Shown here one piece after another: positions 7,773 to 17,797 of a stretch of 44,734 bases of DNA. This DNA is from Chloroflexota bacterium (GTDB lineage: Bacteria; Chloroflexota; Anaerolineae; Anaerolineales; UBA11579). The position numbers and the translations under genes are program-made. Each line of letters starts with the position of its first letter. Position 1 is the first letter of the stretch. The notes beneath the pieces are model-generated. The model had not been told where the DNA came from, did not search any database, and saw nothing but the letters and a program-made list of their open reading frames with translations. The stretch is taken from contig JABJGH010000001.1 of the NCBI GenBank assembly GCA_018662365.1, forward strand, positions 1 through 44,734, given 5' to 3'.

Positions 7773-9593
7773 ATGCAACCAATTCTAAAAGTTGACCTTT
7801 CTACAGAAGAAGTTTCTGAATACGATATTCCCTATGAATGGGAAAACGATTTTATTGGGGGTGCTTCCTTGGCTGCCCGAATATTATATGAGTATTTGAC
7901 ACAAGAACTAGATCCATTTTCAGAAGAATCCCCATTGCTATTCTTAAATGGTCCGATGTCTGGAACTTCTGGACCTACAGTGAGCAGGTTTGTTGTTTGT
8001 GGAAAATCTCCAGCGACTGGATTGTGGGCTGAATCAAATTGTGGGGGATTTTGGGGTGTTGAATTACGAAAAACAGGATACGACGGAATTTGGGTAACTG
8101 GAAAGGCAAAATCTCCTAAATTCTTATGGATAAATGATGGAAATTTAGAAATCCGTTCTTCCGAAAAATTTATTGGCCTAGATACGTATGAAATTCAAGA
8201 AGCGATTAAAGAGGAATTAAATAATCCTAAAGTGAAGGTAGCTGGAATAGGTATCGCGGGAGAGAATTTAATTCCGAGTGCCCTCATCCTTACCGATCAT
8301 GGGCGGGTTGCAGGTAGGACAGGTTTAGGAGCCGTAATGGGCTCAAAAAACCTGAAAGCAATTGCAGTAAAGGGATCGAAGAATATTCCTGTTGCCAATG
8401 AAATTGAATATAAAAAACTTCGTTCCAGGGCAAATCAAGAATTAAATAAAGACAATATTACAAAGATTGTTCGAGAAATGGGTACTGCAGCCAGTGCAGA
8501 ATACTTTGATTATTTAGGAACGATGCCAAAAAAATATTATCGCCAGGGCGTGATGGAAGGGGCAGACAATATATCTGGCGCAACGATCTCAGATACAATC
8601 CTGACGAAATTTGCTCCCTGCCATGCCTGCGTCGTAGCTTGTGGGCGGGTCGTAAAAATCAGCGGGGCTGATAAAGAACAAAAAGGGCCTGAATATGAGA
8701 CATTGGTCGGTTTTGGACCCAATCTCCTAATTTCTGATGCGGAATTTGTTACACGGATGGGTGATCTTTGTGATCGATTTGGTATGGATACAATTAGTGT
8801 TAGCAATACGCTCGGTCTCGCTTTCACTTTATTTGAATTAGGGCATATTGCAGAAAAGGATACGGATGGTCTGCAATTAAATTGGGGGGACAAGGAAGTT
8901 GTTGAGCAATTAATTCCGATGATTGCAAAGAAAATAGGGTTTGGGGCATTCTTGGCGGAAGGTGCTCTCGCTTTGGGAAGAAGATTTGGGGCTGAAGACG
9001 AAGCTGTTCAGGTCAATGGCCTAGAACTTGCCTATCATGATCCTCGCGGAGTTAGTGGGATGGCTTTGGTGTATGCAACTTCCCCACGGGGAGGCTGCCA
9101 TAATCAATCTGATTATTTCCTTGCAGAAATAGGTAAATCAGAAGAATCACTTGGAATTAAAAATTTTGATCGTCAAGCAGGGGCGGAAAAAGCAGAAAAT
9201 GTTGCTATCCATCAAAATTATCGTACAATGGCAAATGCACTCGTGATTTGCTTTTTCGGAAGTATAAACCCTGAACTCATCGTTGATCTAACAAATGCTG
9301 CCTGCGGATTAGATCTTTCGATTGCCGACTATTTAGAAGCAGGGGAACGAGCTTGGAATTTGAAGCGAGCCATTAATAATAATTTGGGTTTAAGGCGTGA
9401 AAACGACCGTTTGCCCAAATCACTTCTCGAACCATTATCAGATGGCGGGGCTGCAGGATATAAAATCGAGTTTGAAGAAATGCTCAAGGCATATTATCAG
9501 GCCAGGAGTTGGGATTGGGATACTGGAATTCCTAGTTGCGAAAAATTAATTTCCTTAAAATTAGATTTTGTTACAGAAGATCTATATACTTAG
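7773..9593 (+). CDS. aldehyde:ferredoxin oxidoreductase family tungsten enzyme
   Basis: The N-terminal AOR domain (KVDLST....GGASLAARILY) and Cys-containing cluster region (CHACVVAC) are present. At 606 aa, the size is typical of the AOR/FOR family. Confidence 0.85.
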   Translation: MQPILKVDLSTEEVSEYDIPYEWENDFIGGASLAARILYEYLTQELDPFSEESPLLFLNGPMSGTSGPTVSRFVVCGKSPATGLWAESNCGGFWGVELRKTGYDGIWVTGKAKSPKFLWINDGNLEIRSSEKFIGLDTYEIQEAIKEELNNPKVKVAGIGIAGENLIPSALILTDHGRVAGRTGLGAVMGSKNLKAIAVKGSKNIPVANEIEYKKLRSRANQELNKDNITKIVREMGTAASAEYFDYLGTMPKKYYRQGVMEGADNISGATISDTILTKFAPCHACVVACGRVVKISGADKEQKGPEYETLVGFGPNLLISDAEFVTRMGDLCDRFGMDTISVSNTLGLAFTLFELGHIAEKDTDGLQLNWGDKEVVEQLIPMIAKKIGFGAFLAEGALALGRRFGAEDEAVQVNGLELAYHDPRGVSGMALVYATSPRGGCHNQSDYFLAEIGKSEESLGIKNFDRQAGAEKAENVAIHQNYRTMANALVICFFGSINPELIVDLTNAACGLDLSIADYLEAGERAWNLKRAINNNLGLRRENDRLPKSLLEPLSDGGAAGYKIEFEEMLKAYYQARSWDWDTGIPSCEKLISLKLDFVTEDLYT

Positions 9594-9640
9594 ATAAGTA
9601 AATATTCTTGAAAGTTCAAATATCGCAAAGGATTAATTGG

Positions 9641-11182
9641 GTGAATAAATTCTTGTCAGTTGCAGAAATGGTGGCGATTGAAAATGAAGCCGATCAATTA
9701 GGTTTGAGTTTTTCTCAGTTGATGGAAAATGCTGGAAAATCTTTGGCTGACGTAATTTCTAGAAATTTTAAAGATATAGAAAAGAAAGATATATTAGCAT
9801 TGGTGGGAAAAGGCAATAATGGTGGGGACGCACTGGTTGCATTAAGGGTTTTATCAGAACGGGGATGGTCGACGACAGCCTATTTGGTAGATAGAAAAGT
9901 AGAAGGAGATTCGATTGCCGACCAATATGTTTCCTCCGGGGGGAATCTATTAAATAATTTAGATGACCCGAAATTGGAAAAATTGGAGGCATTGGTTACA
10001 GAAAACAAATTAATCATTGACGGATTATTAGGTACGGGGGGTAAATTGCCTCTTCGGGCCCCCTATAAAGAAGTTCTCGTAAAAATAAAGCGTAATTTAA
10101 CCGAAGAAAATGCTCCTCTGATTATTGCAGTAGACTGTCCATCAGGCGCGGACTGTGTTAGTGGGGACGTAGCAAAAGAGACAATACCGGCAAATTTAAC
10201 GGTTTGTATGGCGGCCGTAAAGTCGGGTATGTTTAAATTCCCGGCTTTTGAAACTCTTGGAAAGTTGGACGTTGTTTCGATTGGATTGAATGAAGATCAA
10301 CCCCTCTGGAAGGGCATATCGCGATTTGTTGCCGACAAAGATTTTGTTGAATCAAAACTACCTATTAGGAAAATGAATAGTCATAAAGGTACGTTTGGAA
10401 CGGCGATGGTTGTTGCTGGATCGTTGAAATACACTGGCGCCGCCTTGCTGGCGGGAAAATCTGCATTTAGGAGCGGTGCTGGGTTAGTGTCCATGGCTGT
10501 GATCGAACCCTTGCATTCTACGTTATCTGGTCATTTCCCAGAAGCGGTTTGGCATTTACTGCCACATAAAAATGGGGTAATAGATTCAGCCGGAAGTGAA
10601 ATAATATCGAACAATCTTGAGAAAATATCCTCTATCCTCATTGGTCCAGGTCTAGGGCTGGAAAATGCCACAAAAGAATTTCTAGTTTCCATTTTGAGTC
10701 AACCCATTTCAAATTTGGTTCTGGATGCCGACGGGTTGAAATTACTGGCAAAAATCCCTGAATGGGAAAAGATATTGCCAGAAGAGACGATAATAACACC
10801 CCACCCAGGTGAGATGTCGGTTTTGACCGGATTACCGATAAATAAAATTCAGGAAGAAAGGGTGGCCATTGCAGAAAAATATGCAATAAAATGGAATTCG
10901 GTTATAGTTTTAAAGGGTGCGATTACTGTGGTTGCCTCTCCGAATGGAAAGACTATCCTTATTCCAATAGCAAATTCTGCGCTAGCCCATGCGGGCACAG
11001 GAGATGTTTTAGCGGGATTAATAGTGGGTCTTCTAGCCCAAGGCATGAATGCCTTTGATGCTGCTGTAGTTGGGGCCTGGGTGCATGGGCAGGCAGGAAA
11101 ATCAGCGAAAAATAATATCGGCAGTTCGGCAGGGGTGCTGGCAGGAGATCTGATTAAGGAAATTCCAAAATATCTTAATTAA
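9641..11182 (+). CDS. nnr: bifunctional NAD(P)H-hydrate repair enzyme Nnr (epimerase + ADP-dependent dehydratase)
   Basis: The YjeF_N region (LSVAEMVAIENEADQLGLSFSQLMENAG) and carbohydrate-kinase-like C-terminal domain (GTFG...GSLKYTGAALLAG...GTGDVLAGLI) are present. The start is probably GTG 9641 (AAAGGA SD), not TTG 9608 as in the ORF track. Confidence 0.85.
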   Translation: MNKFLSVAEMVAIENEADQLGLSFSQLMENAGKSLADVISRNFKDIEKKDILALVGKGNNGGDALVALRVLSERGWSTTAYLVDRKVEGDSIADQYVSSGGNLLNNLDDPKLEKLEALVTENKLIIDGLLGTGGKLPLRAPYKEVLVKIKRNLTEENAPLIIAVDCPSGADCVSGDVAKETIPANLTVCMAAVKSGMFKFPAFETLGKLDVVSIGLNEDQPLWKGISRFVADKDFVESKLPIRKMNSHKGTFGTAMVVAGSLKYTGAALLAGKSAFRSGAGLVSMAVIEPLHSTLSGHFPEAVWHLLPHKNGVIDSAGSEIISNNLEKISSILIGPGLGLENATKEFLVSILSQPISNLVLDADGLKLLAKIPEWEKILPEETIITPHPGEMSVLTGLPINKIQEERVAIAEKYAIKWNSVIVLKGAITVVASPNGKTILIPIANSALAHAGTGDVLAGLIVGLLAQGMNAFDAAVVGAWVHGQAGKSAKNNIGSSAGVLAGDLIKEIPKYLN

Positions 11183-11213
11183 AAAAAAGCTGTCAATTTG
11201 ACAGCTTTTTTTG
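11181..11213. terminator. bidirectional rho-independent terminator
   Basis: Sequence AAAAAAAAGCTGTCAATTTGACAGCTTTTTTTG lies between convergent nnr and ytxH-like genes. Confidence 0.7.
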
Positions 11214-11224
11214 TTTGAAATCAA

Positions 11225-11638
11225 TTATTTAGTGCTTTTCTTTTTCGCCGGGGCTTTCTTTGCAGCAGGAGTTTTTTCTTCTACTTCTTCTGGTTTTGCG
11301 GGGGTTTTTGCCGCTTCAACAACATTGCCTAACCTTGTTTTTTGTTCTTCCAAGACCACCTGTCCACGTTGTTTAATTTGGTTGGCACGTTCTTTTGCAA
11401 TACCCGAAAGCTCATCAGCTTTGGCCCTTGCGTCTGCAGCAGCAGCTTCTGCTTTTGCATATGCATCTTCCAGAGACGAGACTGTTTTATCTTTTATTTC
11501 CACACTTTTTTCTTTGATAATTGTTCTAGTTTCTTCACCAGATTGGGGAGCCATTAAGAGTGCAACTACTGCACCAATTAATCCTCCAAACACAAAACCT
11601 GATAGAAAACTTCCAAAATCACTATTTCGATCCGTCAT
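11225..11638 (-). CDS. YtxH-domain protein (N-terminal TM, Lys/Ala/Glu-rich coiled tail)
   Basis: N-terminus ..FLSGFVFGGLIGAVVALLMAPQSGEETR matches the YtxH family. It pairs with an upstream DUF948-like gene, as in Firmicutes ytxG/ytxH. Confidence 0.65.
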   Translation of the reverse strand: MTDRNSDFGSFLSGFVFGGLIGAVVALLMAPQSGEETRTIIKEKSVEIKDKTVSSLEDAYAKAEAAAADARAKADELSGIAKERANQIKQRGQVVLEEQKTRLGNVVEAAKTPAKPEEVEEKTPAAKKAPAKKKSTK

Positions 11639-11652
11639 TTTTATTCTCCTTC

Positions 11653-12084
11653 TTATTTTTTGAAATTGAGCATTTCCATCATTTTCTTGAATGCAGCAAT
11701 ATAACTGTTAAATTTCATAACTGGCTGGACAAATGAATCGCTAATAAAAGAGGCCGTTCCTCTTAAAGTGTATATGGTTTCATTTGCCGAATCTACCAAA
11801 GGCTTAATCTCGTTTTGAAATAAATTTACCAATTTGCTGACCTGCACTATTAGAATCGTAATCGATGTAGCGATCAACACTAACTCAAATCCGATGAAAA
11901 TGATCATGATATCTTTGATCTTATTGGTTCTAGCACCATCTTGAAGTAAAAAATAGATAATGAATATAAGCCCAGCAATTGCAATAATACCGGCAAGTAT
12001 CGCACCAATTGAAAGGCGTTTTTGTGCCTTAATTTGCGCGGCCGATTGGCCATTTGTGGGGGTTTCCAGTTCCAAATTTTCCAT
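11653..12084 (-). CDS. DUF948-like membrane protein
   Basis: A single TM helix is followed by a coiled-coil region. Size and architecture match DUF948. Confidence 0.55.
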   Translation of the reverse strand: MENLELETPTNGQSAAQIKAQKRLSIGAILAGIIAIAGLIFIIYFLLQDGARTNKIKDIMIIFIGFELVLIATSITILIVQVSKLVNLFQNEIKPLVDSANETIYTLRGTASFISDSFVQPVMKFNSYIAAFKKMMEMLNFKK

Positions 12085-12194
12085 TTCAAATTATTATAGC
12101 ATAACCCCTAAATTATTCTATTGGCTAAGGAGGGAATAGATAATTTTCATATATTTGAAATCGAAGTAGATGAAAAGTGAGAAATATTGATTTA

Positions 12195-13562
12195 TCAATC
12201 CCAGAAAATAATTTCATCCAATAAATATGAAGTTTCTGGATAATCTGTTCTCGTTTTCCTCACAATCAATTCCTGGTCGTTGACAGAAGAATTTTGTCCT
12301 TCACAGATTTCATTTACGCAATATCTATAAATAAGATCCCCAATTCCAGTTGGACCGAGCAATTTATATGCCCATCGATACTCTTGAATATGCCACATGG
12401 GAATCGGGGATAGCCAATCCTCTTGCTTAAATTGAAGAAAAAGTTTATCCTCATCGGACAAATTTTTGGGAACGTTCAGGTCGAACCAGATTCCAGCGAA
12501 ATCGACTGAATTCCATGAAATTACAGTGTCAGTTATCGATAATTGGGTTTGATTTGCGGGGACAATAAATTGCCGCGTAACTAACTCACCCTCAATATTT
12601 CTTTCTGCATTCCAAAAACCGTCCCCTAGTGTGAATTTATATCTAAAATCAGCACCGATTGGCAAAGATATCACAACTTGGTATTGATTTGTTTCTATTT
12701 CATTCATCATTTGCATTAATTTTGGATTCCCACCAATGCTCCCCCCAAGGTCAATGAAACTATTTCCAAATTGATTCAAATTACCAGTAAGGCGAAGCGG
12801 CACAGCTGGGACAGTATTTTCCGGCACATTAACTGTTATTACAACATCGACCCAAATTGATTTTTCAGAATGAATAGTCACGGGGGTGGTTAGGTCTTCT
12901 TCTATGATTACATTCTGCTTGAAAGTTTTATAATTTCCATCAGTCGAATAGGCAACTAATTGATGTTGACCACTTGGTAAGCCAGTGATTTCGAAAGATC
13001 CATCAACTTTTGAAAAGACTTGTTGCCCACCTACAAGAATTAGCATATTTTCAATGGGTTCGTTGCTTTCAACATCACCAATCAATCCAATAATTTTTCC
13101 TGTGCCGCGGATAATATCAGTATCTTCCCACTTAGATACAATGTCGTGGACTTCTCCAGGACTATCTGCGTAATACATTCGATAGCGCACAGTTTCACCA
13201 TCAGATGTTTGCTCTATTGATTTACTTTCTCCCGATCTTGCAAATCGATATTTTAGAACTGTTCCAACTTGGACTCTTAAAACCACCCCATGGTGAGTAT
13301 CATCGACTTTTAACATGTCCACAGTTTTAGAATTAAAATTTAAACCAGATACTTCATCCAAAATGATGAGTTGGATAATTTCATCTTCCGGTGTTTCGCC
13401 TGGAACCTCCACCCAAATTAATATTTCGGTTTCGTAGATCGTGTCGGCTGCAGTGCTGTTATCAATTGAATTATTAGAGAATGGAAGTGTGCATGCAAGA
13501 CTTAATATCAAGGAAACAAGAGGAAAGGTAAATAATGATAACGGTACCCAATTCTTCTTCAT
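12195..13562 (-). CDS. secreted lipoprotein with carboxypeptidase-regulatory-like beta-sandwich repeats
   Basis: Signal peptide with lipobox (LILSLAC) is present. Repeated segments resemble CarboxypepD_reg-like domains (GTGKIIGLI.D.....I....I.V.G......DGSFEI.GLPSG.H.L). No catalytic motif was recognised. Confidence 0.5.
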   Translation of the reverse strand: MKKNWVPLSLFTFPLVSLILSLACTLPFSNNSIDNSTAADTIYETEILIWVEVPGETPEDEIIQLIILDEVSGLNFNSKTVDMLKVDDTHHGVVLRVQVGTVLKYRFARSGESKSIEQTSDGETVRYRMYYADSPGEVHDIVSKWEDTDIIRGTGKIIGLIGDVESNEPIENMLILVGGQQVFSKVDGSFEITGLPSGQHQLVAYSTDGNYKTFKQNVIIEEDLTTPVTIHSEKSIWVDVVITVNVPENTVPAVPLRLTGNLNQFGNSFIDLGGSIGGNPKLMQMMNEIETNQYQVVISLPIGADFRYKFTLGDGFWNAERNIEGELVTRQFIVPANQTQLSITDTVISWNSVDFAGIWFDLNVPKNLSDEDKLFLQFKQEDWLSPIPMWHIQEYRWAYKLLGPTGIGDLIYRYCVNEICEGQNSSVNDQELIVRKTRTDYPETSYLLDEIIFWD

Positions 13563-13575
13563 GTTTCCCTTTGGT

Positions 13576-14460
13576 TTAATTATTTTTTATGAATTTAAAA
13601 TTCTGACCAATAAAAGCAAATGCAATACTTAATATGTATAACCCAATTAGGGGTAAAAGAACGATCATCATATTGATCGGATCGACGGTAGGGGTCACAA
13701 TGGCAGCTAAAATTGTCATGATCACAACCGCGATTCTCCATTGTTTTGCCAATCCTTTTGCCGTCAAGCTGCCCATAGCAGAAACGATAAGGGAAACGAT
13801 TGGAAACTCAAAGAATAGGCCTATCCAAAACATTAAGCTGAGTGTGAATCCCAGATAATTTGACGGGCGGACAAGGGTGGGGATTCCCATAAAATTTACA
13901 AGCGCGGGAATTGCTGCAGGCAAAATGATATAAAAAGTAAACGCCATGCCACCCAAAAAGAACAGGGTAATGAAAGGAATCCCTGCTAATCCAATGAGGC
14001 GGGCCCTTCTCGATATCCCCGGAGCAATAAAGCGTAATATTTCAAAAGTGATATAGGGTAGTGCGATCACAAAACCGGTCATGAATGCTGTTCTCATCAC
14101 GATACTAACTGGTTCAGTAATATCAATCGCGCTCATTTCTTCTATCCCACCAATGGGTTCAGAGAGAAAATCCAATATATTCGGCACAAATATAAAGGCA
14201 ACAATCACGGCAACGATCAAAACCAGGATGGCATTGAAAATATGTTTTCTTAGATCATTGAGATGAAACATCATCGCGCTAAGAACCCCTTTAGGGTCGT
14301 CCACCGTTTTTTGAAAAGTATCTATGATCGAATCATCATCAGGGTCTGCTTCAAAAAAAATTGCTAAGGGTGTTTTTTGAAAAATTGTTTTTAGCCCTTT
14401 TAGGGCCCAACGAAATGGGGCAGTCAGAAATTGCCAAATGCTTGAGAATATTTTTCCCAC
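13576..14460 (-). CDS. tatC: twin-arginine translocase subunit TatC
   Basis: Polytopic membrane protein with the TatC-like pattern (HL.DLRK.I...I......F...). Its start overlaps the tatA stop by 1 nt. Confidence 0.8.
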   Translation of the reverse strand: MGKIFSSIWQFLTAPFRWALKGLKTIFQKTPLAIFFEADPDDDSIIDTFQKTVDDPKGVLSAMMFHLNDLRKHIFNAILVLIVAVIVAFIFVPNILDFLSEPIGGIEEMSAIDITEPVSIVMRTAFMTGFVIALPYITFEILRFIAPGISRRARLIGLAGIPFITLFFLGGMAFTFYIILPAAIPALVNFMGIPTLVRPSNYLGFTLSLMFWIGLFFEFPIVSLIVSAMGSLTAKGLAKQWRIAVVIMTILAAIVTPTVDPINMMIVLLPLIGLYILSIAFAFIGQNFKFIKNN

Positions 14461-14858
14461 TATTCATCCCCTTTTTCAATGGTTTCGGGGTCATTACTGA
14501 TTTCATTGGATTTAGAATCAATGGGAGGGTCAATCGTCGGGACTTTCGCTGGGGGGCTTGTCCAAGAATCTAACGGGTTTCCTATTTTGTTTATTTTAAG
14601 GTCATCGGAAAAGTTTTGAATTTCCTTTATTTCTTTTCCGATTTCCTCTATACCAGCTTCACGTGCCAATTTGTTGGGTAAAGTTGTGAGTTCGCTTCGA
14701 GCTTGAGTCAATACTTTCCAAAAATCAGAGGTGGAGACTTTTCTAATAAATGACCCTATACTTTTGCCGGTCTTTACCATGTCTTTCGGACCAAGAACTA
14801 ATAAGATGATCACAAAGATCATTATTAGTTCAAGCGGTCCAATACCAAGGATATTCAT
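14460..14858 (-). CDS. tatA: twin-arginine translocase TatA/TatB-family protein (long form)
   Basis: N-terminus MNILGIGPLELIMIFVIILLVLGPKDMVKTGKSIGSFIRK is the canonical TatA/E/B TM and hinge-amphipathic helix. An extended acidic C-terminus is present. Confidence 0.8.
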   Translation of the reverse strand: MNILGIGPLELIMIFVIILLVLGPKDMVKTGKSIGSFIRKVSTSDFWKVLTQARSELTTLPNKLAREAGIEEIGKEIKEIQNFSDDLKINKIGNPLDSWTSPPAKVPTIDPPIDSKSNEISNDPETIEKGDE

Positions 14859-14861
14859 GTT

Positions 14862-15314
14862 TTATTTTTTCCCAATTTCTAATAGTATTTTTTTTATTGC
14901 TAGTGTAATTTCGTTCTCATGATTTGCTAAACTTCCCAAAACCCCATTTACAAACCTTGGTGTGCTATCAGAACCATACACTTTGGCAAGTTCAACTGCC
15001 TCATTAATGGCAACCTTTACCGGTGTCTCTTCAAACACGGCAATTTCCCATAAGGCAATTCTAATAATATTTCGGTCAATGATGGATACTTGATCAATGG
15101 GCCAAGCAGGGGCATGCTCAGCAATAAACGAATCAAGTTGTTCTCGGATCGGTACTATTCCTTTGACAATTTCATAGGTGAAATCTACCAATTTTGGTTC
15201 TAAAGGAGTTTTAGAAAACCTTTCCTCTAAAATTATCCCAATTCCATGGTCTGTCATATCTATTTCGTAAAGTGCCTGTAATGCTACACCGCGAGCTTTG
15301 GTGCGAGATTTCAT
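14862..15314 (-). CDS. nusB: transcription antitermination factor NusB
   Basis: Sequence RTKARGVALQALYEID....DSTPRFVNGVLG is typical of NusB. Confidence 0.85.
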   Translation of the reverse strand: MKSRTKARGVALQALYEIDMTDHGIGIILEERFSKTPLEPKLVDFTYEIVKGIVPIREQLDSFIAEHAPAWPIDQVSIIDRNIIRIALWEIAVFEETPVKVAINEAVELAKVYGSDSTPRFVNGVLGSLANHENEITLAIKKILLEIGKK

Positions 15315-15324
15315 ATTATTTGTT

Positions 15325-15675
15325 TTATTCTTCTATTGAATAATCGATATCTTCGACGTGGATATTTATTTGGCCAGTTTCCATACCTACCATTTCAATA
15401 ATTGCGCGAGAAACTTCTTGTTGAATATCTCTGCTAATTTGGCGGACATTCACATTATTTTCCAAAACGACATATAAATCTACGTTTACTATATTTTCAT
15501 CAATGTTAATTCGTACGCCGCTGCTTCTATGTCCCTTTTGAAATAATTCATTGATATGCGTATATCCACTCATTTGGGATACGCCTTCTACGCTAATCGC
15601 TGTTAATCGAGCGATACTGAGTATCACGTCGGGAGCGACGGTTGTTCTACCAGGAGATCTCGTTTCTTTACTCAT
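15325..15675 (-). CDS. Asp23/Gls24-family (alkaline shock protein) envelope stress protein
   Basis: Asp23/DUF322 pattern is present (T.VAPDVILSIARLTAISVEGV......INIDENIVNVDLYVV..), adjacent to nusB as in Bacillus yqhY-nusB. Confidence 0.8.
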   Translation of the reverse strand: MSKETRSPGRTTVAPDVILSIARLTAISVEGVSQMSGYTHINELFQKGHRSSGVRINIDENIVNVDLYVVLENNVNVRQISRDIQQEVSRAIIEMVGMETGQINIHVEDIDYSIEE

Positions 15676-15689
15676 CCATCCTCCGTAAA

Positions 15690-16442
15690 TTAAGCCATCG
15701 CCATGCCACCATCAACAGCCAATACTTGACCAGTGATGTAGCTCGCTTCGTCTGATGCTAAAAATGCTACAGCGTGCGCAATGTCTTCTGGGGTTCCTTT
15801 TCTGCCAAGAGGGATCATTCCTAAAAAGTTTTCCCTTGCTTCTTCAGGAACACTATCCCATATTTCTGTTTCCACATATCCCGCCGCAACAGCATTGACT
15901 GTGACTTTTCGAGCTGCTATTTCGCGAGCAAGGGCTTTTGTAAAACCGATCTGACCAGCCTTAGAAGCCGAATAATTTGTTTGTCCCGCATTTCCAATTT
16001 GACCTGAAACTGAGGTAATATTTATTATCCTGCCATATCTTTTTCTTATCATCAATTTCACAGCAGCCTTTGAGCAATTGAACGTGCCTTTAAGGTTTGT
16101 AGCTTGGACTACGTCGAAATCGTCTTCGGACATCATCATGATCAATTTATCACGAGTGATTCCTGCGTTGTTTACCAAGATATCCACTTTTCCATATTTT
16201 TCAGCAGTGTCCTTGACCAAGTTGCTAGCTTGATCGAAATCAGCAACATCAGCTTGCACAGCCATCGCTGAACCACCCTCAGATTCAATTTGGTTTACAA
16301 CATCTTCGGCAGCTTTTGCTGAGTTTATATAATTCACAACAACTGTTGCACCACCCTTGGCTAGTTCGAATGCGATCGCTTTTCCAATTCCACGAGAACC
16401 ACCGGTGACGATTGCAATGCGATCTTTAAATGACGGTGCCAT
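15690..16442 (-). CDS. fabG: 3-oxoacyl-[ACP] reductase FabG
   Basis: SDR sequence with TGGSRGIGKAIA, NAG and the YSASKAG catalytic motif is present. Confidence 0.9.
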   Translation of the reverse strand: MAPSFKDRIAIVTGGSRGIGKAIAFELAKGGATVVVNYINSAKAAEDVVNQIESEGGSAMAVQADVADFDQASNLVKDTAEKYGKVDILVNNAGITRDKLIMMMSEDDFDVVQATNLKGTFNCSKAAVKLMIRKRYGRIINITSVSGQIGNAGQTNYSASKAGQIGFTKALAREIAARKVTVNAVAAGYVETEIWDSVPEEARENFLGMIPLGRKGTPEDIAHAVAFLASDEASYITGQVLAVDGGMAMA

Positions 16443-16552
16443 AAAAACTCCTCTCTACAATAATATCGCTCGTATTATACCAATAATAAAATTCGAAGCC
16501 ATTTGTTTGCACTCCGAATTTTGATGGTTCAAATATAAAATAAAAATTTTAA

Positions 16553-17497
16553 TTATTGAGTTAATTTATCAAAATCTTCCGGCGTTCCTAAGGATATTCG
16601 GGTAACCTTACGGTTTATTCGTTTGATCAATCCACTGAGAATATCTTTTGAGCCAAGCTCTATAAAAGTATCTACACCTTTGGACACCATATAATCAACA
16701 GATTCTGTCCACCTCACACGGGAGGTTAATTGCGCCTCAAGATCAGAGCGAATTTCACTGGGTGTCGATAAAGGTTTTGATTTCACATTTCCGATTGTCG
16801 TGATCTCTGGAGAATTTATAGTTGTTTCCGCTATCGCCTTGGAAAAATCGATTTGAGCATCTTCCATCAGTACAGAATGTGCAGCTATGCTTACTGCCAG
16901 GGGTAAAGCTCTTTTTGCACCAGCTTCTTTTGCCAAGGGAAGAATTCTTTCAACGGCAGCTTTTGTGCCCGAAACAACAACTTGTCCAGGACAATTATCA
17001 TTGGCTAATTGAACAGCATCGCCAGGAATACTCGCATCTAAACATATTTTTTCGACAGCGGGGATGTCTAACCCTAAAATTGCTGCCATGCTCCCTGGGG
17101 ATAACTCTCCAGCCCTTTTCATTAATTCGCCCCGTTTTCGAACCAAAAGAAGCCCTTCTTCAAAAGGAATCGCACCAGATGCGGTGAGTGCGCTAAGTTC
17201 ACCCATAGAATGTCCTGCAGCGAATTTAGCTTTGAATTCTGGGAATAAAGTATGAAATACCGTTAAGGATGCGATGGAGTGAACAAAAAGGGCAGGTTGG
17301 GTGTTGATCGTGTCGTTTAGCGCCTCTTCTGGTCCTTCCCAAAGAATATTTGAGAGGGGAAACCCAAGAATTTCGTCCGATTTTTGGAAGATTTCCATGG
17401 CTTGAGGATAAGCTACCGCCAATTCATTTCCCATTCCCAATTTTTGGGATCCCTGACCTGGAAATACAAATGCAGTGGAAGACATATTTAATTCCAT
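16553..17497 (-). CDS. fabD: malonyl-CoA:ACP transacylase FabD
   Basis: FVFPGQGSQ and GHSMGE motifs are present. Confidence 0.9.
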   Translation of the reverse strand: MELNMSSTAFVFPGQGSQKLGMGNELAVAYPQAMEIFQKSDEILGFPLSNILWEGPEEALNDTINTQPALFVHSIASLTVFHTLFPEFKAKFAAGHSMGELSALTASGAIPFEEGLLLVRKRGELMKRAGELSPGSMAAILGLDIPAVEKICLDASIPGDAVQLANDNCPGQVVVSGTKAAVERILPLAKEAGAKRALPLAVSIAAHSVLMEDAQIDFSKAIAETTINSPEITTIGNVKSKPLSTPSEIRSDLEAQLTSRVRWTESVDYMVSKGVDTFIELGSKDILSGLIKRINRKVTRISLGTPEDFDKLTQ

Positions 17498-17518
17498 AAT
17501 AGTCCTTTAAACACACAA

Positions 17519-17545
17519 CGGGCCGTGATGGTTACGGCCCGTTGG
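17519..17545 (-). promoter_or_regulatory. perfect 10-bp hairpin immediately after rpmF stop (possible attenuator/processing site)
   Basis: Sequence AACGGGCCGT-gatggtt-ACGGCCCGTT. No strong U-tract follows on the transcribed strand. Confidence 0.4.
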
Positions 17546-17546
17546 T

Positions 17547-17732
17547 TTAGTCTCGATCTACGCTGACCACTTCACGACCTTTGTAATGGCCACAATGAGG
17601 ACAGACATGGTGTGGTAACCGAGATTCGCCGCAATTAGAACATTGCACTAATTTGCGAGCGGTCAATGCATCGTGTGCACGACGTCGGTCACGACGACCT
17701 TTGGAAATCTTTCTCTTTGGAAGAGGTGTCAT
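17547..17732 (-). CDS. rpmF: 50S ribosomal protein L32
   Basis: [20 protein letters not shown] sequence with a C....C...C..C zinc ribbon. AGGAG SD is present. Confidence 0.9.
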   Translation of the reverse strand: MTPLPKRKISKGRRDRRRAHDALTARKLVQCSNCGESRLPHHVCPHCGHYKGREVVSVDRD

Positions 17733-17797
17733 GATAATTCTCCTGACTTTTAATTGCTAATTCACACAAACGCCCACCTGATATGGTAGGCCGATAA

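Noticed and set aside
13576-14460. Possible N-terminally over-extended TatC (alternative start at MMFHLNDLRK).
   Set aside because: The upstream ATG overlaps the tatA stop in a classic TGATG coupling arrangement, which supports the long form. I kept the long form but flag the uncertainty.
16443-16552. Possible acpP gene between fabD/fabG or after fabG, as in Bacillus fabD-fabG-acpP.
   Set aside because: The gaps are too short (110 nt and 14 nt). No ORF with the DSL phosphopantetheine motif is present. acpP must lie elsewhere.
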